DNA of 63,000 nt, filler included, from Basidiobolus ranarum (taxonomy: Eukaryota), in the NCBI GenBank assembly GCA_040143965.1. It is 5 parts of 5 records of this genome, joined end to end, with 100 filler letters (N's around TTAATTAATTAA, not from the genome) between each part and the next. Parts side by side here need not be neighbours in the genome. Positions count along the whole stretch, not along the records: positions 37,892 to 50,401 come from JASJQH010007414.1; positions 50,502 to 63,000 come from JASJQH010007415.1; 3 more parts are not named here. One strand, 5' to 3'. This document shows positions 39,159-51,786 of this stretch, piece by piece. The translations under genes were made by a program, and so were the position numbers. The notes under the pieces are model-generated. The model had not been told where the DNA came from, made no database searches, and saw nothing but the letters and a program-made list of their open reading frames with translations. Each line of letters begins with the position of its first letter. Position 1 is the first letter of the stretch.

Positions 39159-39908
39159 TTAGAAAAGTGCACAATAATTCTTAGCACAGGAAGTACTTTC
39201 AAAGCCGCAATCTTGGTCTTTAGAACATGTCTGATGATTAGTTCCACTATAGATGAGGCAACTTGTAAGATTTTTTGACCGAAGCAACGAGTACACGCTA
39301 ATAGTAAACATGCGGGTTACCTTTTAACGTTATTTATATAGCACCACTCTGGAGCACTCTGCGGTGGAGCGGTGTACCCAATACCAAATGATATGGCTCC
39401 TATACCGCCATGGCACTTGAAATAATATTAAAAAACGTTCATATATAGCCTTTATATTGACTAAAGTACTTACTCTTCTCCAACAGTACCCTCCGTGACA
39501 ACCACAAATATCGTTCCCATTTTTTTGTTTGGTAACTCCACAGATCAGGGGACTTTTTTCCCAACTCTTCTTTACTCTGCTGAAACGATCAAGTGCATCG
39601 AAGAACACATCTACTCCAATAGTTGCGTCAAGATCACGCTTTGCCGCCTTGATGTATGGTTGACCTAAGCTGACTGTGAATTTCTGTATCATCTTCACGC
39701 AATCTTTAAATCTGGCTTTCTCACTGTCTGGAATGAAAGTCAATGTAGCAGGGAATTCTTGACTACAAGCTTGAACATTTCTGTATAGCTCCACATACTC
39801 CGGAGCAGCAGTAAGTTCGGGTTGGTTACGATCACGAGGTGCAGCAAAAGCGGGAGCTACCATAGAGGCCATGGCAATACCAGTGAACATATTTTGGAAG
39901 AAAAGCAT
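39159..39908 (-). CDS. Secreted protein with C-terminal Cys-rich domain (Tha p 2-like pattern), 3 exons
   Basis: Signal peptide, dibasic sites; spliced C-terminus CGCHGGYCWRR|CHGG..EWCYINNVKS|GTNHQTCSKDQDCGFESTSCAKNYCALF*. Confidence 0.75.
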
Positions 39909-41945
39909 TTTGATTATTGGTTTCTGTTGACTATGTGGTCAACTTGCACCTTTTTATATATTAAAGAAGTACAGTCACATCGTTACATTGGGCTCAAACT
40001 TTCTTCTTTGAGGATCTCTCTAGCGCGCATCTTAACTGGCCTTTCTAAAGACATTCCTCATGCACGTAGTTGCACTCATCTTCACCAATTAATTAGGTTG
40101 TAGTTAATTGTAATACACTTATCAACGTAAGTGGAAATGTTTGCCCATTAGACTTGCATATGCTTAGACACAGAGATGTTTATTGTACAAATATTTAGAG
40201 TTTGCTAAGTGTAACGTTACTGAAACTAAATTAGCCAAGGATTTTCAGGGCTCTGGGCTTAGCCACCTCCTAAATGTCACTTGTTAAGGATCAGTGTAAC
40301 TATCTTAATCAATCAAGACTCACTCTCAAGGGCGTCAGGTAGAAGTATAAGGTTAACCTCTTAGGGTTAGTCATCCACGATCTTCAAGCTTAGGTCTCAG
40401 TGTGCCTACTTTCCATTTTGGGTCGAGGAGTTCACTGGTTGCAAAATGACTGTGAGTAACGGTTAGAATATTCAATAGTCAAATCACTCGGCGTAATAAA
40501 TAGAGCACTTATCACGTACATATCATTCCCATCACATTAATTAATGCTTGACAGAATAGTAGTATTGTACTATACTATTGATACATTTGTTGCTGTTCCC
40601 AATCACCAGTCGATTCATAAGCGATGATACATTGATCCTCACTGAGAATCCTTCGAAAAATGACAAGGTAGGATCTCCGAGAAAATGTCCTTCAGTCTAT
40701 GGGTTTCACCAGCTGCAGGTGCTTCCATCCAGTCCCAACGTTATGTGTATGTTTTAGCTTGTCTTTGCCTACACATAGAAGAACGGTGATTATTAGAGCA
40801 TTGATAAATGAAATTCTTACGCTACTTCAATAAACGACATGTTTTTAAGTATCAATTTAGAGCCGCTTATAGTTTGGCAGCAAATTTACTGTATATTAGT
40901 AATGATAGAATGGAATTCAGGATAGCGGTATAATTGGTAGTGAGGAATTGATCTTCAATCCACCTCAATCTGACTATTACGTATCTACATGGATAATCTA
41001 CCACTCTGCGTCTGTCTAAATGTTCCTCACATCTTCTCAGATATTACAAGATAGAACATTACCAGATAGTGATAGTTCCCATGGATCCAGCTATGAAATC
41101 AGATAAAGCTCACATTATGAATAATGAAGACTTTTTAAACACAGCCCCAATTATAAAACAAAGATAGTTAGTTTGATCGATGTAGATGGCTTGGTTAGTA
41201 ACACTCCACTACTTAGCACTACAACCAGCTTATTCTCTGATATTCAAAACCTTGAGTACAATTACTCTCAATGAGGTTGTTTCTTTTATATATCAGAGAA
41301 CGTACTTGATTCAGAGTTGCCAAATATTTTCAATACGGTTTAATTCTATAATAGACAACTGAGATATTAGTAGTTAGCAAATACATAGAGAACTTTTGAG
41401 AGATCTTGGTGTTTTCACAGTGACAACAATGAAGTGGTATGTTGTGGTATAGAATATATACCTCTGACTACCACTGAAAAGCAATGATGAAATTTTTTTA
41501 AACAACAATGGGAGTGAAGTAATATGACTGCTAATAACTGATGGGACTGATGGATATTTAGCCCTATGGCTGTTCATCTACTGTTAGATATGCCAAGTAG
41601 TCAAATGAAACAAGCCATAGGTGACGGTGAATATTTGGTAACCTATGATATTTGTTAATAATCTTTATACGACAAATATTAACAGTGGAATTAACAGGGC
41701 TACAAAGAAGTCCAAGATTGCCAGAAGAGTTTTATTTTATCAGGAATTACATGGTTCCAGTAGCCCTTTTGTACACACATAAATACTGAGACTATTTTAA
41801 CTCAACCATATAAAATATTCCTGTTGTACAAAGCTCTCATTACATAACCCAAGTTTATAATTAGCAACTAAAAAATTACATGTTTGGTGACCGAGTTCGT
41901 ATCAACTTTATTTCATTTAGTTGACTGGTCAAGTATTTCTTAAAT

Positions 41946-42870
41946 TCAACAAGCTCCCAGATCTACCCAGGCACTATTAGAGCCTGGAGTCTCGTTTTGT
42001 GTCCACCACCGAGCCTTCCATAAGTGACCATTGTATGTGGATTTGCTGGATTCGAAATATGCCACTCCAGCATTCCAAGCGGCCACTCCATTACAAGCTC
42101 CAGCTCCAGCGGTCGATGTAGGACTGGTAGTTTTACTGATGCTACTAGTGGGAGTAGGAGTAGATGTGCGGGTGGTACTAGTAGTAGATGGGCTAGTAGT
42201 GGTCAGAGTGGGAATAGTGGTCGTGGTAGCAGTAGTGGTAGTGGTGGGAGAATTATCTCTTCCGGGGCGAATGGTAATGGTAAGGCGTGCTGCCAACAAG
42301 TCTCTTCCATCATTAGGCCCATCCTGCGGGAACTCTGGGATGGTGGTATAACCCGGAAGGTTAACCATCAAAAGATTTGGACCAGTAATATAGCCATCAG
42401 AAGGGCCTATAATTTCGATATCAGCGCAGTTCATATAATACTCACGGTTACCAATTTTGTTGATCCATGTCCAGGCAAAAATCACATTTTTACTGGAACC
42501 AGCGATACTTGGAATAATCCGAGGAAGCAATGATGCAATTGCTGTAAATGGTACTCAATACAACAAATGTTTGACCACCGTCGTATGAAATTGCATATTG
42601 TCAATGGCCTCCATTATGAGTGGCAACTCCATTCAGCTTAACACTAACGGTGCTACCAGCCTGCACAGTTTGGACAACACCACCTTGTTCATAACCCTTA
42701 CAAGGGAAAGTCCCCAATGGATTGATCATGTTATAATCGGGAGTCCCTTGAAAAGTAGGATTGTACTTGGAGTGACGAGGAGGCGGCTGAATCATTTCCG
42801 TGTGAGCAACAGTCAATGTCACTAAACTTAGAACGAAGGTGGCAGAAGGAAAGAACTTGGAGAATCTCAT
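41946..42870 (-). pseudogene. AA11-type LPMO + Thr-rich linker + CBM5/12 chitin-binding module; premature TGA and frameshift
   Basis: Signal peptide then His1 (VA|HTEM), FPCKGY, ATHNGGH*QYAISYD (TGA at 42601-42603 where Cys is expected), frameshift near 42510-42530, FAWTWIN.IGNREYYMNCADI, C-terminal AW..Y..YNGHLWKARWWTQNETPG..W.DLGAC. Confidence 0.85.
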
Positions 42871-44917
42871 TGCAAAGTAATCAATATGCAGTGGTCTGTA
42901 CTGAAGATCAGTCAATGCATATCCTACTGTATTTATAATGAATATCCAGATGTTGACGTCTATTCAGTATGGGCATAGTAAATATGTATTGCATTGATTC
43001 TAAGTCACTCTTTAACGTAGAAGGAATTCTGACTAGCTACCTTAGGGAAACCTCTCTTTTCTTGTACGCACAAAACTGGAGAATACGAGGCCTGTTACAT
43101 GCTGAAATGTTTAATGAATTCTCAAGCGGGTCCGTGAGATGAACGTGAAAGTATTTCTCTCATCTCTGTGACATTTCATGCTCTCTAAAATAGGTTGGTA
43201 TTATATTATTTATTGCAATAACAGCTGATGGTCACACATATTTTCATTTTCTCCAAATTAGTACATAGTAGGATATTTGAAAATAACGTTTGTAACGCCG
43301 CAACATTCCCCTCAAGATTGATTTTAGCGCCACGATGAAGAATTGAGAAATATATTCACATGTTCTCTTAAAGTTAATTAAACCAAATATTACTAGTAAC
43401 AGCTGCAATGTAAAATCTGATCTTCTATTATTATGAGAAAAGGCGCATTCGCTGCTGCTAACCCTAATATCCATTAGTTCTACTACTTCTTATTCATGAG
43501 ACCAGCAATGATTGTAGATATTGCATTGAGACCGAATGCCCTCGAGTTGATTGAGAGAAGTATATATATATATATAGGGTTAGTGAATAAGAATTTAAGG
43601 TGCAGCTCACTTTTTTCAATCATCTTTAGTATGCCATAGGAATCGAAGGTCTAATATCAGGTAACACTCGAATCCCAAAACCATCAAGATAGATTGAAGC
43701 ATTGAAGCTATACACTAAATGGTTTAATACTTGTAGACTCGAATCCGTTTTGAATCGCATTGAAATGTGCTCTGTACTTTGGGCCACAAAAGAAAATCCT
43801 CATGAAAGTTCAAGTGGTTAAGTCACAAAAGTCACTCGAAACACTGATCTTTAGTTTAGCTATGAACTGCCTTCAATGTAGTATTTGATATAAACTTTAA
43901 CGTGTGATATGTTGTTTGTGTGATTTGTGATCTTAATTGTTACCTTTATGCGTTTCTTTGTTTGGTTGTATATAGGGCTTGCTCCGCTCTATAGTGTCGG
44001 ATTGTGTTATATATACAGTTTTGCATCTATCATTATTATTACTTTGAGCCAATATCAGATAAGCCCTGGCCTGATGGAACAAATCTCCATATTCAGCTTT
44101 TACTTAAGCTCTAATCATTAGGTATTATTTAGTCCAATGTGATTTTCTATTTTCCGCATGGTTCTATAGACACCTAGAAGTATACGACTTTGAATATACA
44201 ATCTCACTTGTATATCTTGTCACCGGAATGAATTAAATCCGATGCAATATGACATTTTTATGAGGTATATTAGCTCATGTCTTTATTCATGGACTCTGGA
44301 GGCAATATGTGCGGAAAAAAGACACAATAGCATGCATCTTGCTTGTCTGGTAGCAAGTTTGTTGAATTCTCAAATATTTGAATGACGAATATTTGTCTCG
44401 TATATTTGAGTAAATTTATTGAGCTTTTGATCTTGGATCATATGCGAGATCGGGTATAAAGATACCTAAATCATGTTTACCAGCTGGGATCATTACAATT
44501 CTAGCAAGGTTCTCTAGAAATGGACTATTGACTTATATACTCAAATTTCCATTTTGGTAAGACTTATATTTAACATTCATACTTTATTAACTTATGTCTT
44601 AGTTCACAGGACTCAAAAGAATCAACTACTTTGAATTATATTATCTATATCAAAATCAGTAACTCATTCTCTTAGCACTTGCTAATTTACTTGATTGTTA
44701 AAAACAGTAATAAAGCTGACTGAAGCTTTTGACCCAGTGTGTGTCTCAAAGACACATATCTTTCTATACGCTACTCATACTGCCTCGGTCAATCCATTAT
44801 ATTCTCTTCAGTTTCCTCTTATAAACCTAGTTCTGGAGCAAAACCTGAATATTCTGAACTGGACTCATCTCTTTCATTCAGTATAGTTCGAGACATTATC
44901 TCACTATTTGTAACTTC

Positions 44918-45212
44918 TGTTGAAATTAACATAGCTTGAACATCTATAGCTTAGTACTCAGTTTTCTATATTTTACTAGGATATCACCCACCAATGTCAA
45001 GAAGTTCTCAAATATATATGGATTTGTCAAAGAAGACTCCAACTTTGCACAAATGTTCCTGTGACCTTCCTCAACACATTTAACATGTTTCTGTGTTTAT
45101 CTTTTGACAAAAATATAAGTGTCAATTTCCCACTCAACAAATCAATAAGTGAAAGCCACTAATTCTCTGGTTTTACAAACCACTTCTGACAAACCCACAA
45201 CATACCTCAACA
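44918..45212 (-). mobile_element. Older, diverged solo LTR of the same family (295 bp), degenerate TSD ACTTC/AATTC
   Basis: Reverse complement begins TGTTGAGG and ends TTTCAACA; shares internal blocks such as CACTTATTGATTT and GGAACAT.TGTGCAAAGTT. Confidence 0.78.
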
Positions 45213-47240
45213 AATTCTGTATTAAAATATATTTCCATTCTTGAGATTTTCAAAATTCCTATCAAGCTTGATCTACTTTGATAGATTTGAAATCTCTACA
45301 TGAGCTTTACAAGCTGTATTTGGATGTTCCATTGCTTGAGTAAAGTTGAGACTTGTTATCACCCTGCATTGGTTACAATAGCAGGATTAGTGATATATTT
45401 ATATTACTGGCGGAAGCTTGTAAGGCTAAAGAGAGCCTCATTTTTGCTCATAATAAATGCAAGGACAAATGTATCCACATTTGAAAGTGTGATGCAGTAG
45501 CTGATATTTCTTTTGTTGACTATTCATGTATACACGTGATTGTCATATTAAAGCTGTAGTATTAGCAGGGTACAATATCTGAACATAGCTTGTTGATATA
45601 AACTCTTTCAGTAAGCATGGGTGTTGATGCTAATAGCTACTTAATAACCACTTTTTATTGATTTCACCAGTATTGTGACCAATGGCATAAATATGTTTCT
45701 TTTTGGTTGCTGCATTTTCCGTCCTAAAATGTGAGTTGGCTGTAGAACTGGCCCATTGTGATATGCATAAGGTCTCAACAGAACCTTAATCTAGAGCACT
45801 GTGCACTAGTCTTGTCAAGCTATAGATTCCTAATTGCATGTAATATCAGGCAAGATAGGTTTTATACTCTTATCCCAGATAGTTGCGCTGCTTTTCAACT
45901 AGTAATGATGATTGCTAGCATCATTAATTCCTTACTACAAGGATAAGGATTACCTTACTTACATGTAGATCGAGATAACACTTAAGATTTATTCACGTAA
46001 CTGGATGATTTCACCAATAAAAATAATATTTTCATAATCAATACTTGTATATATATATTTCCATCTAGTTTGTATGGCTTATTCAATATAATGAACTTAC
46101 TATGTATCATAATTGAAGTGCTTACGTTCATGCTCTCAAATCGACCGGAAAATCAAAGATTTTAGATTACTACAACCAATCCCCACAAATACTGGGATGT
46201 CATCCCCGTTCATTTCTAGCATATGAGTAAGTGCTACTTGTGCATGTGCAGACAACAAGACTCTTGCTATATCATGTAAATTGCTCGCACTTAGTTCTAG
46301 CGTGCTCAACTGTGATGTCTGTTCTAGTCGCCAACTCCGATTCAACTGCTGTAAAAACCTCAAGCAAAGAATTGAGAATCCATACGGGCTACGGGCTAGA
46401 ACTAAATCCGGGTATCCAATACTTAATGTAATAGTGTCATCACTGCCAAGAGTAAGAGAGATGATCGTTTGTCAAAGCCAGCTCTGCTATACTCCTGCAG
46501 AGAACTTCAATGAAAATATCACGTCATGCAGATTGGCCATGCATGCGATCAAGCAGTATTCCCAGTCGATGAGAGTAAGATTAATAGCATGATCTGAATC
46601 GAAGACCTGAACGGAGATAGGTCGTAACACTCTATGATGGCATTCCCCTAGGTTACTCTTAGTAATATCTAGTCAGGCAACTCTTGCTGCCGTCAACTCC
46701 GGTTAACTCTTGACATCATCTGATCTGGCAAATCAGTGAGGTAATTTAATCCTATGCAATAAAAATATACCAGTGGTCAGATTATTTCGTATATAGCATT
46801 GGAATCTCAATAAGGCTTGACATCAACAAGCATGGTCCGCATCTCCTTAGCCCAAGGGCCTTTAAATGTCATTAATCTGCATCTTGGAAGGTATTTATAT
46901 TAATGATGTATTTGGTATGGATTTGCTGCACTTCACTACTGCGATTTGCACTCATTCTAGCACCCATTTAACTTTGGTAGGATAAACATACCCCGAGCTG
47001 GACTGCATTTTGCTGCATATATCAAATATTTGGGTTGTTGAAAATATTACCTGGAATTATATTTTAATTTAGTATCAGGCACCAGTTAGGGTGAGTTTTA
47101 TGGGTTGTGGATTGGTTCGTAGTGGTGCATTGCTTCCTAGTTGTGTTTAGCTACGGGATGCAATAAATAGACCACCGTTCGTGTCAATTGACAGAGAGAA
47201 TATGACAGTAGAATATTTACGCACGATACGCTTAATCCCA

Positions 47241-48025
47241 ATGATCCGCATATCTATTTGGCTACTCTTCATATGCGTAGTGCTAGCTGGCCCACAGGAG
47301 CAGCTGGACTTGGTCAACAAAGAAAGAAGAATTGCTGGTGCAAAACCTTTACAACTGGATAGGTAAATTTATTCTAGGAACTTGTACGACTCCATCCAGA
47401 TTTTGTTTTAACATATGCTTCAGTCGTTTAGTTGAGTGTGCCCAACTTCACACCGACTACCAGGTTCGAGTTAGAAAAATGACACATGATGAACCAGGTC
47501 GACCACTGGAGGTGCGTGTAGATGCCGTAAATGTAGTATGGGCAAATATCGGAGAGAATGTAGCCAACGGGTACCAGAACGACGAGGAAGTTGTGCGCAA
47601 TTGGATGGAATCACCTGGTAAGTAGAGTTGAGCAGTTGTGATTTCTCAATCATTACTAAGGCTACATTTCACAAGGTCATCGTCAGAATATTCTTAATCC
47701 TCAATTTACACATTTGGGTGTAGGATTTAGTAGTACAGGATATTATTGGACGCAAGTATTCGCACGCATCTCTGGCCCCTCCAAGCCATACTTAGCTGGG
47801 GGCCAGGAAGATAATAATGATTTGTCAGATCGAGACAAAACCAAGTCACATCCCACTGCCAGCAATAAAGAAAAGGCTGTAAGCGTGGATGGTAAGGTAC
47901 ATACGCCGTTGAAGAGTGATTTTCTAGGTTCACGGCTGGGTAGAGATTCGGGAATCTTTTCATCGAAGCGTAGGTCTCGCCGAAAGCAACTTACGAATCT
48001 CAGGGGGATTAACAACACCTTATAG
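47241..48025 (+). CDS. Secreted CAP/SCP (PR-1-like, YkwD-type) domain protein, 3 exons
   Basis: Signal peptide; LDLVNKERR..L..AQLH..M.H..GENVA.G..VV.NWMESPG|HRQNIL.PQFTHLGVG..YWTQVF. Confidence 0.9.
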
Positions 48026-49381
48026 GATACTAAACTGCCACATTGTCAATGAATGGACCATATTTGTAGCTTCAAGTATTATCATGAGCAGATTCATGGT
48101 TCTTGTACTTTGGTTTGTGGACAGTACGTTCTAGTTCTTTTAATTCCAAGCCTTCGAATATCATAGCGGGGCTATGAGCATAATTCAAGTATTTTTAATT
48201 GAAGTCCCTAATTATTACTATATGAGTAAAAATAAATCACCTGTTTGGCACCAATTTGAACAATCCCTTTACCTTAACCTTTACGACCCAGAAAAGACAA
48301 ATCAGATTACCAGTTTATTTACCCCTATTTTCGCTCTAGAGGTGATCTTGCATTTTGTCAGCTCATCCATGTTTCGCTATGCGCCTAGAGCTTATTTGTA
48401 ACAATGCATCTACCGTCGCTAAAAAAGGCTGATCACATCGCTGAGCTTAAAGTCAACTATATGAGATTCAAAACGGCATTGTGACAACTGATAGAAGAGA
48501 TGCTGTAAAGTGAAATGCATGGTTCGGAATAGATTTCGCTAGCGATTTCGTAGTAGAGCAAGGGTTGCCTATTGTAGGGTTTTCTGAAGAAGCTGAAATT
48601 CTAGCGACAACATGCGTGGTGTGGAGTCAGCGTAACTTTGAGCCGGAGTTCATTGATATGAGTGGATCCATTAGGTTTACCATCGAGCATCCAATATTAG
48701 TCATATCGGAAAATAAATAAATGATAGTTTGAACCATTGAATTGGGATCAAGTAAGTGGAGGCTTGGTATTGATCACAGTTGTCGACTGCACAACCCAAA
48801 TGCAGCTGAACTTTGCACAAACCTTTTCCCAAATACTCCATCCCTCGATATGGAATTTTGAAGTGACATAAAAACCACCTTGCCTGAGCAAGCTACACAA
48901 CCGTAAATGGTAAAATTGTTATTTACTTAGATTTCCTCACTTAACGACTCAACTAAATGGCATCTATTAACTCAATTAATATTCACTTGGGAAGATATAA
49001 GCTCTGCACCATGACCAATGATTCATGTCTTGGTCCGCTCACAAGACAAGCGTCACGTTGCTCTAACTTCAATATTTATTTTTTCCGACTTGGAAAACCA
49101 TTTGTATTGAAATGGTTCGACAAGATCGTGGCCTAGAAAACTCGTCCTACATTTTCTTCGATGTACAGTATTGGTTTAGGAACAATCAAGACATTTCTCA
49201 AGCCGGTTTATTACGGAATACAAATTGAAATCAAAACTCGCTTCGAGCTGTTTATAAAAGCCCGCACTGCTTGAAGCTCATTATTGCTTATTCTCTGTAT
49301 ACCTCATTCACTACTACCCTTCTCTAGTTTAGCTATTCGCGTTTACGCTTACGCTTGCCTGTAAGAAAAGGGCTATTTAAT

Positions 49382-50401
49382 ATGGGAGAACTCACACCCG
49401 AACAACATGAGGTTCTGGCTACCTTGATCAAGGTTTGCTGCCCGTTGTCAGCCATTTGTTCGCTGACAGTAATTTTCACCGTGATGTACTTGACTCGAAA
49501 ATACCCAAAAGACGCCAGTAGAGTTTCTTTCAAGCTACAACTGTGCATGTGTTATGCCGATTTATTACTTGTCGTCACTGTCTTAGCCTCAGCTAACTTA
49601 CCCAAAAATCAGTATCTAGATCTGAGTTGTAAGCTCACTTTCTTTGTCTATATCTTCGGCTCGATAATGCTTGTGGCATTCGCAACCTGCATCGCCTTGA
49701 ATCTGCTGCTAGTTTTTATCTTTAATCGAGTAACTCGGAATCTGCAGAACTACTACATCCTTGCCTCTCTACTTCTCTCCACTGCCTGTGCGGCGATCCC
49801 ATTGGTATTCAACAAGTATGGTTATGATGTTCCAACCGATGCGTGTTGGTTCTACAACCGAGGATCAGTTGAAGAGTTGGTATGGGAATATTCGAGCATG
49901 TTTTTTTGGATGATTCTCGGTGTGTTGTTCTGCCTTGTAGTAGTATCTGTAGTGGCAAGGAAACTTTTCCAAGGAAAAAACAAACTTTTGAAGTCGTTAA
50001 CCCAAGAACTTGATTCGGTTACCCCAGGGCATACAAAGCACGCGATGGAACGTAGAGCTCAGGAAACATCGAAAAAAGTTCATCGGGCTGTTCAACGAAT
50101 CATCGGCTATCCTCTAGTTCCCATATTGACGTACACATTCACTATTGTTAAGACTTTATATTCGTTTACCCCCGAGAAGCACAACTATGTCATTGACTTT
50201 ATCATGATGCTAACATCCACTTCACCCGGTGTTTTCAATTTCTTGGCTTTCACCATGGACCCGATCCTTTATAAAGCATACAAACGGTGGGCCCATAATC
50301 CACGTTCTGACGGTAAAGAGGATTGGGACGACTCATTCGAGATGTCAAAGCATCCGAACTACGACGACAGTTCTTTCCCCACTGACAGCAGTCCCATAAT
50401 T
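49382..50401 (+). CDS. 7-TM G-protein-coupled receptor (cAMP-receptor/Git3-like), intronless, 3' truncated by contig end
   Basis: Seven hydrophobic segments; RVSFKLQ, CIALNLLLVF, YGYD...ACW, RIIGYPLVP, PGVFNFLAF.MDP. Confidence 0.82.
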
Positions 50402-50501
50402 NNNNNNNNNNNNNNNNNNNNNNNNNNNNNNNNNNNNNNNNNNNNTTAATTAATTAANNNNNNNNNNNNNNNNNNNNNNNNNNNNNNNNNNNNNNNNNNN
50501 N
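50402..50501. other. Artificial contig spacer
   Basis: N44-TTAATTAATTAA-N44. Confidence 0.97.
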
Positions 50502-50934
50502 GTATTGTCACAATATCTCAAAAGATTGATGTCTTGATTGTCACTTTGTTTAGATTAGTATTTAAGCTAAATAAAGTCTACACCATCTGGTGCTTTTCAT
50601 CCCCCTAAGCTGAATTTATAGGTGGCTGAATTTATAGGTGGGTGCAACTGATGCCGCAGAACTCAAATGAAGCAAAATAAGTGATTGATTGTTAAGGATT
50701 GCTGGGTTCAAGTATAAACATGTATGATGTATAGATATTTGTAAAAGCAATGATTAACCTTAAAGTTTATTTAACGCAACTATTGAGCGCAACTATTGAG
50801 CGTTATTTGATCAAGGAATTATGTATATGTATTGGCCTATTCGAGTGGCGATGACATCATATTTGATGTTAATACGATAGAAAAGATCAAGTGATCTATT
50901 AATTGGTTAAATAGAGCAAAATAGGATTGGCGAT

Positions 50935-51786
50935 CTAGATATACATCCATGATAATAAGGATAGTGCCATCACAGAAATAGTCAATGGGTTCACCAAATT
51001 AATGGTAGAAGCAGAAAACGTCGGCCTTGCGCTATACCGAGCCGTAGCATAAACAACAGTATCTTTTCCTGAAACATTCACAGTTGCTGTTACTATCACA
51101 TCATTAACAACGACACTGTCAGCTAGGGTAGTCACCGGCTTTCCACCAGTAGTAGGGATGCTTACAACAATGGAAGAGTCGAGGGATGGAATTGAAATAG
51201 TAGCGGAAGGAGGTAGTGTAGTTTTGGATACATCCGTCTGTGAAGTGGTCGTTGTAACTTGGGGAGTAGTATTATTGTCTGTATTTGAAGTTGGAGTTGG
51301 AGTTGGAGTTGGTGTGATAGAGGCTTCAGTTGAAGGGGTAACACTTTCTGAAGGAGTAGGATCCACTGGCGGAACTGAGCTATTGGAAGGTTCAGTTGGG
51401 CTTTGTGATGGTGGTGGAGTAATTGATGTTGTTTCCTCTGTGCTTGTAGGAGTAACTGAAGGTGTTACTTCATTGTTAGTAGGGGTAACTGAGGGTGTTA
51501 CGTCTGAAGAGGTATCTATGTTAGTTGATATATTGAGATAACGGACGATTCAAGCTTACCTGGAGAAGGTTCTAAAGGAGTAACTGATGCTATTACAACG
51601 GTTAATAGATGGTCTGGAAAATGTGGGAATCAAAGCAGTGACTTACCATCTGAAGGAGTTTCTTGAGAGTATACTATTACAAAATAGAATATTAGGATAG
51701 TGAAGATGGAGTACTTGAAATGGGAGAGAACAATTACCTGTACTCAAGGTCATTAAAGACACCAATGCTAAGGAAGATAATTTCAT
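50935..51786 (-). CDS. Ser/Thr/Pro-rich probable GPI-anchored cell-surface protein with two micro-exons
   Basis: MKLSSLALVSLMTLST signal exon; micro-exons 51647-51673 and 51560-51589; VTPS repeats; C-terminal SAS..LVNPLTISVMALSLLSWMYI hydrophobic tail. Confidence 0.82.

Noticed and set aside
42601-42603. In-frame TGA at a conserved Cys read as selenocysteine
   Set aside because: A frameshift follows within ~80 nt, the Cys is structural in a secreted enzyme, and no SECIS is evident; a pseudogene is simpler
46136-46660. LRR/F-box-like fragments (e.g. CSNLKSLIF)
   Set aside because: Too short and degenerate to support a call
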